A stretch of DNA of 64,000 nt from Candidatus Latescibacterota bacterium (GCA_965219455.1 OZ244744.1:5632001-5696000), one strand, 5' to 3'. Shown: positions 41,276-51,845, numbered from the stretch's first letter. Notes: generated by a model from the sequence alone, not told the origin. Made by a program: numbers and translations.

Positions 41276-43120
41276 ATGGAAATATCAAATATAACAGATT
41301 TACACGACATCCCGGCTGTGTTACGCGCCATCCGTGCGAGCCTTGACCTCACACAGAAACAACTCGCGGAACGTCTCGGCGTCACCTTTGCTACCGTAAA
41401 CCGCTGGGAAGGCGGTGCGACTAGACCGCAAAAGGCGGCGCGGGAGGCAATCGCCGCTTTGGCTGCCGATGCGGGAATCGACGCGACTGCTGCCGGAGAA
41501 TCTGCCGACGCGGCGGCACGCGTAACCAGGCGACGGCGCGGTAGCAAGCGCTCGACCACTCCTTCAACGAAAACCATGGAGCAGATGCTGTGGGACGCGG
41601 CGTGCTCCATCCGTGGCGAAAAGGACGCCGCCAAGTTCAAGGATTATTTGCTGCCGCTTCTGTTCCTCAAACGATTGTCCGATGTCTTCGACGACGAAAT
41701 CGAACGGCTGGCCGAGGAGTACGGAGACCGGGATGTCGCTAAAGAGATCGCCGAGAGTGATCACGGTCTGCTGCGCTTCTACCTGCCCCCGGAAGCGCGA
41801 TGGGGAGTCGTCAGTGGCCGAGAGGACTATGAGTGGTCATTGGACAATCAGGGGCGAAGCACGCGGCCCAGGGATATCGGCGAGCACTTGACAATAGCGG
41901 TGCGGGCTATCGTTCAGCAAAACCCGTCGCTCTCCAGCGTTATCGATTTTGTCGACTTCGCGTCTGAACGCAACGGTGAGCGGGACGTCAACCCGGCCAA
42001 GCTCGCCGAGGTCATCGAGACCTTTTCCGATCCACGGTACCGGCTCGGACTCGCTGACGTACAACCCGACTTCCTGGGCCGCGCCTACGAGTACCTGCTA
42101 AGGAAATTTGCGGAAGGTTCCGGCCAGAGCGCGGGCGAATTTTTCACCCCCACCGAGGTTGGCCTCCTCATGGCGCACATCATGCGCCCAAGACCCGGCG
42201 AGACCTGCCATGACTACGCCTGCGGCTCGGCTGGACTGCTCGTCAAGCTCGAGCTTGTCGCGCGGGAACTCGACCCCATCAGCCGCGTGCCGCTTATGCT
42301 CTGCGGCCAGGAATTGCAGGCCGAAAGCTACGCTGTTGCCCACATGAACGCGATCATCCACGACATGGAAGTCGAAATCGCCCGTGGGGACACGATGATC
42401 AACCCCAAGTTTAAAAACGCAGTTGGCCAGATCACAACCCACGACGTCGTAATAGCGAATCCAATGTGGAATCAACCGTTCAGCCCCGATATATTCGCCA
42501 ACGACCCGTTCGACCGCTTCCGCACCCGAGGCGGCATCACCACCGGGAAGGGCGACTGGGCCTGGCTCCAACACACCCTCGCCTGCCTAAACGAACGCGG
42601 ACGTGCAGCAGTGGTGCTCGACACCGGAGCGGTGACGCGCGGCTCCGGCGCCAGGCACGCGGACAGGGAGCGCAACATCCGCAAGTGGTTCGTTGACCAC
42701 GACCTGATCGACGGCGTCATTCTCCTGCCGGACAATCTCTTTTACAACACCAGCGCCGCCGGCATCATCGTCGTATTGTCAAAACGTAAGCCCGCCTCGC
42801 GAAAAGATAAGATCGTCCTCCTTAACGCCAGCCGGCGCATGGCCAAGGGACGGCCAAAGAACTACATTCCAGAGGAGGACATCCGCCCACTCGCGGCGGC
42901 TTTCATCAAGGGCGAGCCGGAAGAAGGAGAGGTCGCCGTCATCACGCGCGAGCAAGCGGAGGAGGCCGACTACAACCTCAGTCCCAGTCGGTGGGTGGGG
43001 CAAGCTCACACTGAGGAGCAGCGCCCGATAACGGAGATCATTGCCGAGATGCGGCGTCTCGACGAAGAAGCCCATGAAATTGATACGCGCCTTGCGAAAA
43101 TGCTCGCACGACTGCAATAG
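41276..43120 (+). CDS. hsdM: Type I R-M methyltransferase subunit with N-terminal XRE HTH fusion
   Basis: [24 protein letters not shown]; [33 protein letters not shown] (motif I), ANPMW (motif IV), LFYNT. Confidence 0.93.
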   Translation: MEISNITDLHDIPAVLRAIRASLDLTQKQLAERLGVTFATVNRWEGGATRPQKAAREAIAALAADAGIDATAAGESADAAARVTRRRRGSKRSTTPSTKTMEQMLWDAACSIRGEKDAAKFKDYLLPLLFLKRLSDVFDDEIERLAEEYGDRDVAKEIAESDHGLLRFYLPPEARWGVVSGREDYEWSLDNQGRSTRPRDIGEHLTIAVRAIVQQNPSLSSVIDFVDFASERNGERDVNPAKLAEVIETFSDPRYRLGLADVQPDFLGRAYEYLLRKFAEGSGQSAGEFFTPTEVGLLMAHIMRPRPGETCHDYACGSAGLLVKLELVARELDPISRVPLMLCGQELQAESYAVAHMNAIIHDMEVEIARGDTMINPKFKNAVGQITTHDVVIANPMWNQPFSPDIFANDPFDRFRTRGGITTGKGDWAWLQHTLACLNERGRAAVVLDTGAVTRGSGARHADRERNIRKWFVDHDLIDGVILLPDNLFYNTSAAGIIVVLSKRKPASRKDKIVLLNASRRMAKGRPKNYIPEEDIRPLAAAFIKGEPEEGEVAVITREQAEEADYNLSPSRWVGQAHTEEQRPITEIIAEMRRLDEEAHEIDTRLAKMLARLQ

Positions 43121-43134
43121 GCGTGGATACCTGG

Positions 43135-43393
43135 TGTGTTGTCCCAGAAATCTATTGTCGAAATTCGGCCGTCCAGTCGCCCGGCTGGAAAGGCGCCAGC
43201 GACCTGAGCCGCTCCCTGAGCTTGTCGAAGGGTCGGCGAAGGGCGTTGAAGAACGCTAAACAGGTTAGGAAACGCGGGCATTTCGACAAGCTTAATGATC
43301 ACGTTTCGACACACTAAGCACGGGCAGCGCATGCAACGCAGCGAGACGGGATGAACTCCCCGAAGAATTGTGACATATTTCTGGGACGGGACA
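43135..43393. mobile_element. MITE-like element, copy B (inverted relative to A), inside the R-M operon
   Basis: Ends TGTGTTGTCCCAGAAAT ... ATTTCTGGGACGGGACA; nested AGCTTGTCGAA..TTCGACAAGCT palindrome. Confidence 0.65.
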
Positions 43394-43417
43394 TTGGGAC
43401 TAAAGGAGGTAGGAAAA

Positions 43418-43789
43418 ATGGGAGCGACGCACGTAACGGTCAGGATTACGAACCCCGCCGACCCGGACAGGTTTTGGGAGGGTCTTTTTCTGGTTGACAC
43501 CGGCGCCACGGATTCCCTGGCGCCCAGGCCTCACCTGGAAGCCATCGGCCTCAGGCCCGAGGGGAAACGCGTGTATGAACTGGCCGATGGCAGCGAGATC
43601 GCAGTGGACGTCGCCGTTGCCAAGATCGAATTCATGGGCGAGTTCGTCGGTGGGACTATCATCTTCGGCGAAGCCGACACGGAACCGCTGCTTGGCGTCA
43701 CAGCGCTGGAATCCGTGGGTATTGAAGTGGACCCGCTGAATCAGCAGTTGAAGAGACTGCCGGCCGTGCGGCTCAAGGGTCTGGCGTGA
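43418..43789 (+). CDS. Clan AA (retropepsin-like) aspartic protease
   Basis: LVDTGAT catalytic motif, ELADG, LLGVTALE; strong AAGGAGGT RBS. Confidence 0.9.
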   Translation: MGATHVTVRITNPADPDRFWEGLFLVDTGATDSLAPRPHLEAIGLRPEGKRVYELADGSEIAVDVAVAKIEFMGEFVGGTIIFGEADTEPLLGVTALESVGIEVDPLNQQLKRLPAVRLKGLA

Positions 43790-45000
43790 TGCAGGGCGAG
43801 ACCGTCCGCCTTGGGGAACTGTGCGACCTTATTGCCGAGCCGGTCAGGCCCGGCAGGCGACAGGATGCCCTCTATCTTGGACTGGAGCATCTTGCGCCCG
43901 GACGACTTGCTCGCATCGGCGGCGGACAAGCGTCCGAGATGAGGAGCAACACATCGGCGTTCCAACCTGGCGACGTAATGTACGGAAAATTGCGGCCGTA
44001 CCTTGACAAAGCGGTGCTCGCAGACGAGGCGGGCGTCTGTACTACAGAGCTGCTCGTACTTCGTGCGAAAGCGAAGGTGGACCCGAGGTTCCTGGCCGCT
44101 GTTATGCACTCTCCAAGCTTTGTTGAGTATGCCGTCTCAGGGACTACGGGCGTCCAGCATCCGAGAACGTCATGGGCGCACGTACGCGACTTTGAAGTGC
44201 CTGCCTTCACGTTCGATGAACAACGACGGACTGCCGACCTACTTTGGCTGGTGCATGAGGCAAACGGCCGGTCCGAGAAGCTAGTTGAGGAAGGTCAAGC
44301 CCTCAAGCACGCCGCGATGCAGACGCTTTTCACGCGCGGTCTGCGGGGCGAGGCGCAGAAGGAGACGGAGATAGGACTGGTGCCGGAGAACTGGGACGTG
44401 GTTCAACTCGGTACACTAGGCAGAATTGGAAATGGTTCGACGCCAAGAAAGGCTACATCGGAGTATTGGACGGGCGGAACCTATCCTTGGCTGACCAGTG
44501 CCAAAGTGTACGACCGAAATATCGTAGGGGCTGATCAGTTCGTGACAGAGTTTGCTCTCTCGGAATGCCACCTCCCGCGCATAAAACCAGGAGCTGTACT
44601 GATTGCTATTACCGGTCAGGGAAAAACGCTTGGACACTGCGCCGTGCTATGTGTCGAAGCAACAATCAATCAGCACCTTGCCTACATTGAGGTCGAAACT
44701 GCCGCGGTCCACCCCTCATTTGTACGCGGGTATCTCGAAACGCAATACGACCTCTTTCGACGGGTTGGTTCGGGAGGTGGCAGCACTAAGGGAGCACTTA
44801 CATGCGGCTTCCTGAGAGGCTTTCCAATCCCCTTGCCATCAGTGCTAGACGAGCAACGCGAAATCGTCGCCACTCTCGACGCTATCGACCGCAAGATCGA
44901 CCTGCATCGCCGAAAATGCGGCCTGCTAGACGACTTATTCAAAGCGCTGCTGCACAAGTTGATGACGGGTGAAATCCAAATCATTAATCTGAAACAGTGA
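43786..45000 (+). CDS. hsdS: Type I R-M specificity subunit
   Basis: Two TRDs (YGKLRPYL; GSTP..INQH), EQRR/EQRE helices, KETEIGLVPENW spacer, LLHKLMTG. Confidence 0.93.
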   Translation: MMQGETVRLGELCDLIAEPVRPGRRQDALYLGLEHLAPGRLARIGGGQASEMRSNTSAFQPGDVMYGKLRPYLDKAVLADEAGVCTTELLVLRAKAKVDPRFLAAVMHSPSFVEYAVSGTTGVQHPRTSWAHVRDFEVPAFTFDEQRRTADLLWLVHEANGRSEKLVEEGQALKHAAMQTLFTRGLRGEAQKETEIGLVPENWDVVQLGTLGRIGNGSTPRKATSEYWTGGTYPWLTSAKVYDRNIVGADQFVTEFALSECHLPRIKPGAVLIAITGQGKTLGHCAVLCVEATINQHLAYIEVETAAVHPSFVRGYLETQYDLFRRVGSGGGSTKGALTCGFLRGFPIPLPSVLDEQREIVATLDAIDRKIDLHRRKCGLLDDLFKALLHKLMTGEIQIINLKQ

Positions 45001-45018
45001 TAGAAGGTTGATCCTTAA

Positions 45019-48000
45019 ATGACTGAGGTAGGCAAAAGAGGCAGTTCCCGAAGAAAGGGCGATGAATATCAGGACCTCACGGCCCTACGGATTGGACTGG
45101 AGAACTATATAGCTCGTACGCCATTTAAGATGTTCTTAGAGTATGAAGAATCGGGAAATCTTGATGACATTGTTCTATTACAAGAAACTAGAATCGAAGC
45201 TTATCAGGTTAAATATGCCGTGAATCCACTTGATCTCTATAAGGCAAGCGATCTCATTGATCCCAATAGCCCGGTAAATCTGAGGAAATTTGCGGATAGC
45301 TGGAACACCCTGCGCGGCAGATTTCCTGGCTATAGCCTTACCGCGTACCTCTGTTCAAACCGTGCTCTTGATGCTCCTCTCGTTGACCTTGTGACGCACT
45401 ACGGGGCGTTTACACCAGAAGTTATCAAAGATAGAAGACGGGGAAATGCGAAGCAATTGCGTGCAAGCCTCATGTCCGCCTCTGGACTTGATGCTGACGC
45501 TTTCTGTGAATTCTTGATGGACTTTCAATTCCGTGTACGGCAGCCGACGTTGACGGAGTTGGAGCAATATATCCGAACGGTTCTTCTTGACAAAAAGTTG
45601 GGCCTCTCCGATTCCGCGATTTTTCTCGATCTCAAGGAAAACATTAAACAGAACGCAATCTCATCCAGGGATCCAATTACTGCTGCATCAATTGACGGAC
45701 TTTTGGAACGACTTCAGAGCAAGTTGCTTATTCCACAAGTATTCCCGGTCAACCAAGGTCATTTCGTAGAGCGTAAGGCTCTGTTGGAGCAACTGGACAA
45801 AGTGTTGCCACATGTTGACGGAGGATACCTCACTGTCACAGGCTTGCCTGGTAGCGGCAAGTCAACCTCACTTACCACATACTTCGATGCGATAGATCGA
45901 GCAAAGTATGAGGTTTTCCATTACTATTGCTTCGTTGATGTGAACGACAATGCTCAAAAGATGCGAGTCCAGGCAGAAAGCCTCCGCGCGAATTTGTTAA
46001 GTGAGTTCCATAGGAGATTTCCGAATGTTCTCGAACGGCGTTTTGACCATAGCGAGCGGAATTTTTATGTGTGCTTGAAGACACTGGCCGACTATTTCGT
46101 TGAACGAGGTCGAAAACTCTTGATTTTTCTAGACGGACTAGACCACGCTGAACGACTTGAGCAGGAAGTAAGACATACTGTGATCTCGGCCTTGCCGTCA
46201 GATGTGCCTAGGGGCGTTGCCATAGTTGTGGGCACCCAAGAGTTGCATAAATGGCCTCACTTTCTCAAGCGTACGAGAGAGTGTCCAAGAACCCATATTC
46301 AGATGCCGTTGTTTTCAGTATCTGAGACACGAGACTACTTGGAGAACAAGCGAGGAATATCGGGCCTATCACACGCGGACATCGTCGATATCCACGAAAA
46401 ATGTGAAGGGCTTCCCTTGTATCTACAGTATGCCGCGGAGGTCATCTCATCGAGTGACACGATATCAGATGCTGTAGCCTCCCTTGCCCCGGCAACGGGC
46501 GGAGATATCCGTGACTACTATGGGCTCCTTTGGGAAGAGTTCGACAAATTGGGTATGGCTGACGCAAGGCACCTGTGCGCGGTCATGTCCTGTTTGCGAT
46601 TTTCCGTACACAGAGATGAACTCCGCCGCATTCAACAGTCTCTCAGCCGTCCCCAGTTCGAAGATGCGTATAAGTGCATGAGTCACCTTTTACGAAACTC
46701 TGGTGACAGACTGTCGGTATTCCATAACAGCTTCCGTGAGTTTGTGGCCGGCCAACTTCATGCGGACTGGATACAGGAAATAAGTGCAAACATTGCAATG
46801 TTTCTAAAGGCCGATAAGGATTCTCCTAAGTGGTTTGGATATGCCTTTGAATACTGCTATGACGCTGGCGACTACACATATGTCTTGGAGGAAGTGAATG
46901 CTGATTTTGTTGAACGCGCCCTTCTGAACTATCGGCCATCCAAAGATATCTTGAACGCGATACATTGGGCGGTCGAATCGGCATATAAACGGCGGGACAT
47001 CGTTCAACTTAGTCGGCTTGGCGCATTGAAATTTAGAACAAGGGAACGTCTGGAATACAATCTTGATCGAGCTCTTCTTGGAGATGCTGTCCTAGCTTTG
47101 GGTCGTGAACAAGACGTGATCTCCTTCGCTTATTCGCCAGAGGCAAACCGCTGGATAGTCGATAAAGACGTTTCACTTACCATTATGTCGGCACTTGCGG
47201 ACGAAGGTAAACTGGAGCTAGGGCGAAAGCTTTTCGATATATTCACGGACGAGTTTCGAGGAGTTCATTCTGACAAGAAAGATGAGATTCGCTCGCAGGT
47301 TGTTGGCATTGCCCGGTGTTTGGGTATCTATTCGGGGCAGCAAGCACATCCACTGCGATGGCTCTCTCGGTTTGAACTAACTCCCGATATTCTTGAGAGA
47401 CTTGATGTCTATGCCCCAAGTTTTGCACCACATTTATCAGCATATATCGATGCATTAGTCCAGTTCGGACATACCGAAAGATGGAATCGGCTTAAACGCG
47501 TGAGGAGGATTTTCCCAAATCGTTTGGTACGTTATCTGTTGATCCGCGCACTCGCAGACCATGATCTTCGTGATGATCTGCGGATTGCTATAAATGAGTA
47601 TGTAGAAGTAGAACAACCCCGCGGTAATCTAGAGCTGGCTTTCTATGCGGCCAAAGCAGGCCTGCCGGTTTCTGAAGTGTCCGGTATTGCTGGCCTAATC
47701 GAATCCCCAAAGGTGGATTGCCCGGACTTCTTGTCAAGAAACAATCCGATACTCTGGAAATATGCGTACTCGTTTGTCATACTAGGATACGAGGATAACG
47801 AGTCTTCCTACGAGAATCTCAGGATGGCCATTGGTACTTCCCAGACCCTATGGACGTTTGCGCTCCGACATCTCTTCGAGGCGTGTCATTGCATTGGTCA
47901 ATCGTTTAGAACTGATGTTTCTGGCTGGTACGAACGAGCCTGTAACAGCATTGACATGCTTTTGATGGCAAAGCAGGGACATGGAGAAAGAATCGTAGAA

Positions 48001-51000
48001 TCCATCGACCTAATACGTGACGTATTGCCATTTACTATAGGTACATTGACCGATGAGGTACAGAAATGCTTTCCCAATCAACTTGATGATTGGATCGAAC
48101 GGCTGGCGTCACTGCGCGATTCCTTCCTATGGAATACTCACTATGGAATCGGCGAGTCCCGCCAAGACTACGGCTTCGAGTTACACTTGTGGGAGGTCCT
48201 CGCGAAGAATCCAGTCGTAGGCTTTAAGCTCTCTTCTATCCTGACATGTTGCGCGTTCACCTACGAGAGATCGACCAAGCTAAAGGGGAACTCCAGGTCT
48301 AATCACTTCCTATGGCTTGCAGCAATCATGGCTAAATGCGGTATGCGTGAAAGTGCGGAGAAGTGGCTTCGCTATGGAATCCGCTCCTCGCTCATATATG
48401 GTTACCGCAAGGATATTACCCTGCTATATCTAATGGATGTTCTCAAATTAGTGAACCAGCATCAGCCTGAAATGGCGCTCGAGAGATGCGCTCGTATCCT
48501 GTGTATGGTGAAGTGGATGCCCCATCTCACTGATGGTCGAGAAACAAAATGGTTTACAGAAAATGCCTTCTCTACCGTTCTTTCTGTCAATCGTCAAGCT
48601 TCATTCGACTTGCTCAAGCATTTTTCCCGATCAACCGCAAGATGGAAGATGCAAGATTGCTTGGAGGAATACCTTCTAAGTGCGGTGAATGGAGACCCTG
48701 AGTACTTATGGTGCTTTTGCGAGTCGTTCGTCAATCATTACAGTGATGATGGTCGACATTGTAAGCAAATCGTCGGAACCCGGCAGCACATCGTTGACCT
48801 CGTTAGAAAATCCTGCTCAGAGGATGTTCAATGGACCTTTCAAGATCGCTTCAGGCACTGCGTCTTGACGGAGATCTCTCCTAGGCATTGGCCTGACGAC
48901 CTCAAGGACGAGTTCTCCGTCCCTTTCGATCCAGACAGCAACAACGGAAGTCGTGCTGAGTCAAGTACCCACTCGACGTCAGATTTCATGCTAGATGGAA
49001 AATCCATGACCAAGGAAGGTATAGCCGAGAAATGCAGGGAATCCTTTTCTAAGTTCCTTGTAATACTTGAGAAATTGAAAGCGCAGAATGGGCATTTCTA
49101 CGCGCCAGCAGACTTGCTCGATGGAACTTTACGTCATCACATAACTCAGGCACTTTCCCGTGAAAGTCTAATTCCAATCAAGGAATACTTAAAATCACAA
49201 GGGCGCTTGCAAAACTTGAACCCAATCGAGTGCTTGGCAGAGCGTTTTCTGGAATTTGGTGATCAGGACAACGCCATAGCCTGCTTCGACTTAGCTTACT
49301 CATGCTATAATAGCAAAAAAGCGTTGGGATACGTCTGGGAAAGCAATCCTAATTACCTAGCCACTATAGCAAGAGTGAATAAAACAACTGCAAAGATGAG
49401 TTTATTAAAGAAGTGCTACGACTCTGTGAACAGGTCCGACGGAGGGTATGATACGACACCCATTGCGGCTACGGGCTTGGATATTCTCAATGAACCATGC
49501 CTACTTGAGGCAGTGTTTGATGATTTCCTGACATATTGCGAAAGCATGTTTGCACAGCTACCTCAAGACAATGACTATGCCTGGTTGAAGGAGTATGCGG
49601 GGCCGACTTTCGATGAGAACCGACTCATTCTCCAGTTTTGTATAGAAGATTTGGATACGTCAGAGATTAATCACGGCGAAAGACTGATCCGGGCACTCAC
49701 GAGATTGGCGATTGCCCGACCTCAGAGTACAATTCCTTTACTCGTTAGCGAAACACTGTCGGCCTCCGGAAGGCGTCTTCGACGCTTGCTAATGATTCTT
49801 CATACACTTGCGAATCAGAAGCCCGATCTGTTGGCTTCTAATCAGCAAACGCTAGCCAAACTCCTTGAGCGAGTGGACTTTTTTTGTCGTCAATCGGTGA
49901 TGTGCATTCTTCAGTGTGTGAGCAAAGTTTCGCCATTGGAGCTTTCAGTTAGCACCGCATTCGAGCGTATCGACAGGAAGTATTCAGCCGCCATATCGCA
50001 TTCCACCTATAGGATGCCATCGAGTCCAAGTTCCACGTTCTCGGACTTTCTCAAGAAAAATACGCTGTTTCACTTCTCTGACCAGTTGAAATTGATGGAG
50101 AAAATCCTTAGAGTGCCGCAGGGAAGTCTTGTGGCAGCCATTGAAGAGTGCCTTAATGCTCAGAACTGGTCGATGGATGAGGAGCGTTCACGTATCAAGG
50201 ACGACTGGGATGGACATGTACATCCCCAAGGTTGGCCCGTAGTTTGGATCACAACCGAATTTCAGGAACTAGCCACAGAGATACTCTGGAATATCCTCAA
50301 TAAAGTAGCCGAGAAAAAGAGACTAAGCGTAGCCCAAATTCAGTGGCTCTGGCAAGCAACTCAAATGGTTGATCCAGAATATGTTGTACGAGAACCAATG
50401 ACTCGTCCTTCGGACATTAAGATACTTCGTGTAGCCGAAAAGGAAGCATGGTTCAGAGAACTCGACGAGATCGAATCGTTCCAAGTCGGGAACGCCAGCA
50501 CGGATGAACAGAGCACGGATTGGTTCACTGTATTTGAAAAGCAAATGCTGGCTCACGAGGAGAAATACAATGTACCCTACCGGCAAGAGACATCGTTGAT
50601 CTCAATGCTGATTCCCTTGCAGGTGTATGGCAAGTCGAACGAATTGGATGAACTCAATCTGACGACGGAGCGAATTGCGCATGCATCGGCAATGGCTGTC
50701 ACCTTAGAGCAAGTCCGCGATGTACTGACGAACAGGGGCAGTAATGGGTTGAATGTTAGCGAGGACTGCATCCCTCTCGTTGCCGAACATCAAAATCCAA
50801 AGACTTTTTTGGGGTATTGGAACATCTGCTCATTAGCGTCATTCATATTGGACGAATTTGATCTCTCGTTCGATGGATTCGATCTTACAAGAGATGATGA
50901 AGTTGTCGTCAAGTACGAGGCATGGCAGGAGGGATACCACGCTGAAGCATATTCTCGGGAAACACTTTCCTCTGGAGTAAGACTTCGGGTACGCCGTGAT

Positions 51001-51138
51001 CTCCTAGCTGAAATATGTCTTCGTTATCAAAGAATGTTATGTATTCGCATTGACGAAAAGCGTGAGTTCTATGAATCTATTTACTATCGAGAGCCAGATA
51101 CCAGTAAAGAATCAAAACGATACGTGATATATCATTAG
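45019..51138 (+). CDS. Avs (AVAST)-like STAND NTPase with N-terminal Cap4-like PD-(D/E)xK nuclease
   Basis: GDEYQD..E..LDDIV..YQVK nuclease motif; Walker A GLPGSGKST; Walker B IFLDGLDH; GLPLYL; long helical C-terminus; 2039 aa; lower GC than flanks. Confidence 0.8.
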   Translation: MTEVGKRGSSRRKGDEYQDLTALRIGLENYIARTPFKMFLEYEESGNLDDIVLLQETRIEAYQVKYAVNPLDLYKASDLIDPNSPVNLRKFADSWNTLRGRFPGYSLTAYLCSNRALDAPLVDLVTHYGAFTPEVIKDRRRGNAKQLRASLMSASGLDADAFCEFLMDFQFRVRQPTLTELEQYIRTVLLDKKLGLSDSAIFLDLKENIKQNAISSRDPITAASIDGLLERLQSKLLIPQVFPVNQGHFVERKALLEQLDKVLPHVDGGYLTVTGLPGSGKSTSLTTYFDAIDRAKYEVFHYYCFVDVNDNAQKMRVQAESLRANLLSEFHRRFPNVLERRFDHSERNFYVCLKTLADYFVERGRKLLIFLDGLDHAERLEQEVRHTVISALPSDVPRGVAIVVGTQELHKWPHFLKRTRECPRTHIQMPLFSVSETRDYLENKRGISGLSHADIVDIHEKCEGLPLYLQYAAEVISSSDTISDAVASLAPATGGDIRDYYGLLWEEFDKLGMADARHLCAVMSCLRFSVHRDELRRIQQSLSRPQFEDAYKCMSHLLRNSGDRLSVFHNSFREFVAGQLHADWIQEISANIAMFLKADKDSPKWFGYAFEYCYDAGDYTYVLEEVNADFVERALLNYRPSKDILNAIHWAVESAYKRRDIVQLSRLGALKFRTRERLEYNLDRALLGDAVLALGREQDVISFAYSPEANRWIVDKDVSLTIMSALADEGKLELGRKLFDIFTDEFRGVHSDKKDEIRSQVVGIARCLGIYSGQQAHPLRWLSRFELTPDILERLDVYAPSFAPHLSAYIDALVQFGHTERWNRLKRVRRIFPNRLVRYLLIRALADHDLRDDLRIAINEYVEVEQPRGNLELAFYAAKAGLPVSEVSGIAGLIESPKVDCPDFLSRNNPILWKYAYSFVILGYEDNESSYENLRMAIGTSQTLWTFALRHLFEACHCIGQSFRTDVSGWYERACNSIDMLLMAKQGHGERIVESIDLIRDVLPFTIGTLTDEVQKCFPNQLDDWIERLASLRDSFLWNTHYGIGESRQDYGFELHLWEVLAKNPVVGFKLSSILTCCAFTYERSTKLKGNSRSNHFLWLAAIMAKCGMRESAEKWLRYGIRSSLIYGYRKDITLLYLMDVLKLVNQHQPEMALERCARILCMVKWMPHLTDGRETKWFTENAFSTVLSVNRQASFDLLKHFSRSTARWKMQDCLEEYLLSAVNGDPEYLWCFCESFVNHYSDDGRHCKQIVGTRQHIVDLVRKSCSEDVQWTFQDRFRHCVLTEISPRHWPDDLKDEFSVPFDPDSNNGSRAESSTHSTSDFMLDGKSMTKEGIAEKCRESFSKFLVILEKLKAQNGHFYAPADLLDGTLRHHITQALSRESLIPIKEYLKSQGRLQNLNPIECLAERFLEFGDQDNAIACFDLAYSCYNSKKALGYVWESNPNYLATIARVNKTTAKMSLLKKCYDSVNRSDGGYDTTPIAATGLDILNEPCLLEAVFDDFLTYCESMFAQLPQDNDYAWLKEYAGPTFDENRLILQFCIEDLDTSEINHGERLIRALTRLAIARPQSTIPLLVSETLSASGRRLRRLLMILHTLANQKPDLLASNQQTLAKLLERVDFFCRQSVMCILQCVSKVSPLELSVSTAFERIDRKYSAAISHSTYRMPSSPSSTFSDFLKKNTLFHFSDQLKLMEKILRVPQGSLVAAIEECLNAQNWSMDEERSRIKDDWDGHVHPQGWPVVWITTEFQELATEILWNILNKVAEKKRLSVAQIQWLWQATQMVDPEYVVREPMTRPSDIKILRVAEKEAWFRELDEIESFQVGNASTDEQSTDWFTVFEKQMLAHEEKYNVPYRQETSLISMLIPLQVYGKSNELDELNLTTERIAHASAMAVTLEQVRDVLTNRGSNGLNVSEDCIPLVAEHQNPKTFLGYWNICSLASFILDEFDLSFDGFDLTRDDEVVVKYEAWQEGYHAEAYSRETLSSGVRLRVRRDLLAEICLRYQRMLCIRIDEKREFYESIYYREPDTSKESKRYVIYH

Positions 51139-51326
51139 TGTAGTCGGCGGTCAGCACATCACTAACTCGACGGGCTGCCGCTCTCCCAGATTGATGATAC
51201 CGGCGTCTGCGAGACCATGCGCTTTTGACATGCCTAATTGACGTCGCCCGCAATCCAAGTATGAAAGATCGGGCGCTGGGATTGTTCACTCTCACATGAC
51301 GCTATTGGAATAAGGGAGCTGAGGCA

Positions 51327-51638
51327 ATGAACCCACAGTTATCGATATCGAAGACCGATCTTGCGATTTTCTGTCAAGACCACAGAATCAAGCGGCTCTC
51401 TGTTCTTGGCTCCGCGCTGCGAGATGACTTCGGACCGGAGAGTGACATAGACGTGCTGGTCGAGTTCGAGCCGGGGCGGACGCCGGGGTTGTTGGGCAAT
51501 ACGGGAATAGAGGCGCAGTTGTCCCCGCTGTTCGGTAGAGAAGTAGATCTGGTGACGCGCCCGGCCGTGGAGCAGAGTCGTAACTACATCCGCCGCAAAG
51601 CAATTCTTGATTCGGCTGAGGAAGTCTATGCGACGTGA
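51327..51638 (+). CDS. MntA-like minimal nucleotidyltransferase antitoxin, copy 1
   Basis: LGSALRDDFGPESDIDVLV motif. Confidence 0.9.
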   Translation: MNPQLSISKTDLAIFCQDHRIKRLSVLGSALRDDFGPESDIDVLVEFEPGRTPGLLGNTGIEAQLSPLFGREVDLVTRPAVEQSRNYIRRKAILDSAEEVYAT

Positions 51639-51670
51639 CGACGCCTATCTGCTCGACATGCTGTTGTCAG
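51628..51670 (+). pseudogene. Truncated HepT/DUF86 toxin (first 14 codons only)
   Basis: [14 protein letters not shown] is identical to 54017-54059, then diverges and stops. Confidence 0.8.
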
Positions 51671-51732
51671 AGTGAGTGTGGATTGCGGACCGCACTACGT
51701 CGTGCAATGGATACGGATGAGGGAATTCACGC

Positions 51733-51801
51733 ATGACGCCCGAACACATAGCGGCGTCGGTCACAGCCAACGAATTCGAAGCGCTGGAATTTAAGGCAAT
51801 A
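51733..51801 (+). pseudogene. AlbA_2 (Schlafen-like) domain N-terminal fragment
   Basis: MTPEHIAASVTANEFEALEFK; resembles the fragment at 53472. Confidence 0.5.
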
Positions 51802-51845
51802 AGGCCGACGCCCCGCAGTGAGGGAATCGAACGGGAGGTAAGCAA

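Noticed and set aside
43786-45000. Phase-variable hsdS shufflon
   Set aside because: Only one hsdS, no silent TRD copies and no invertase in the window.
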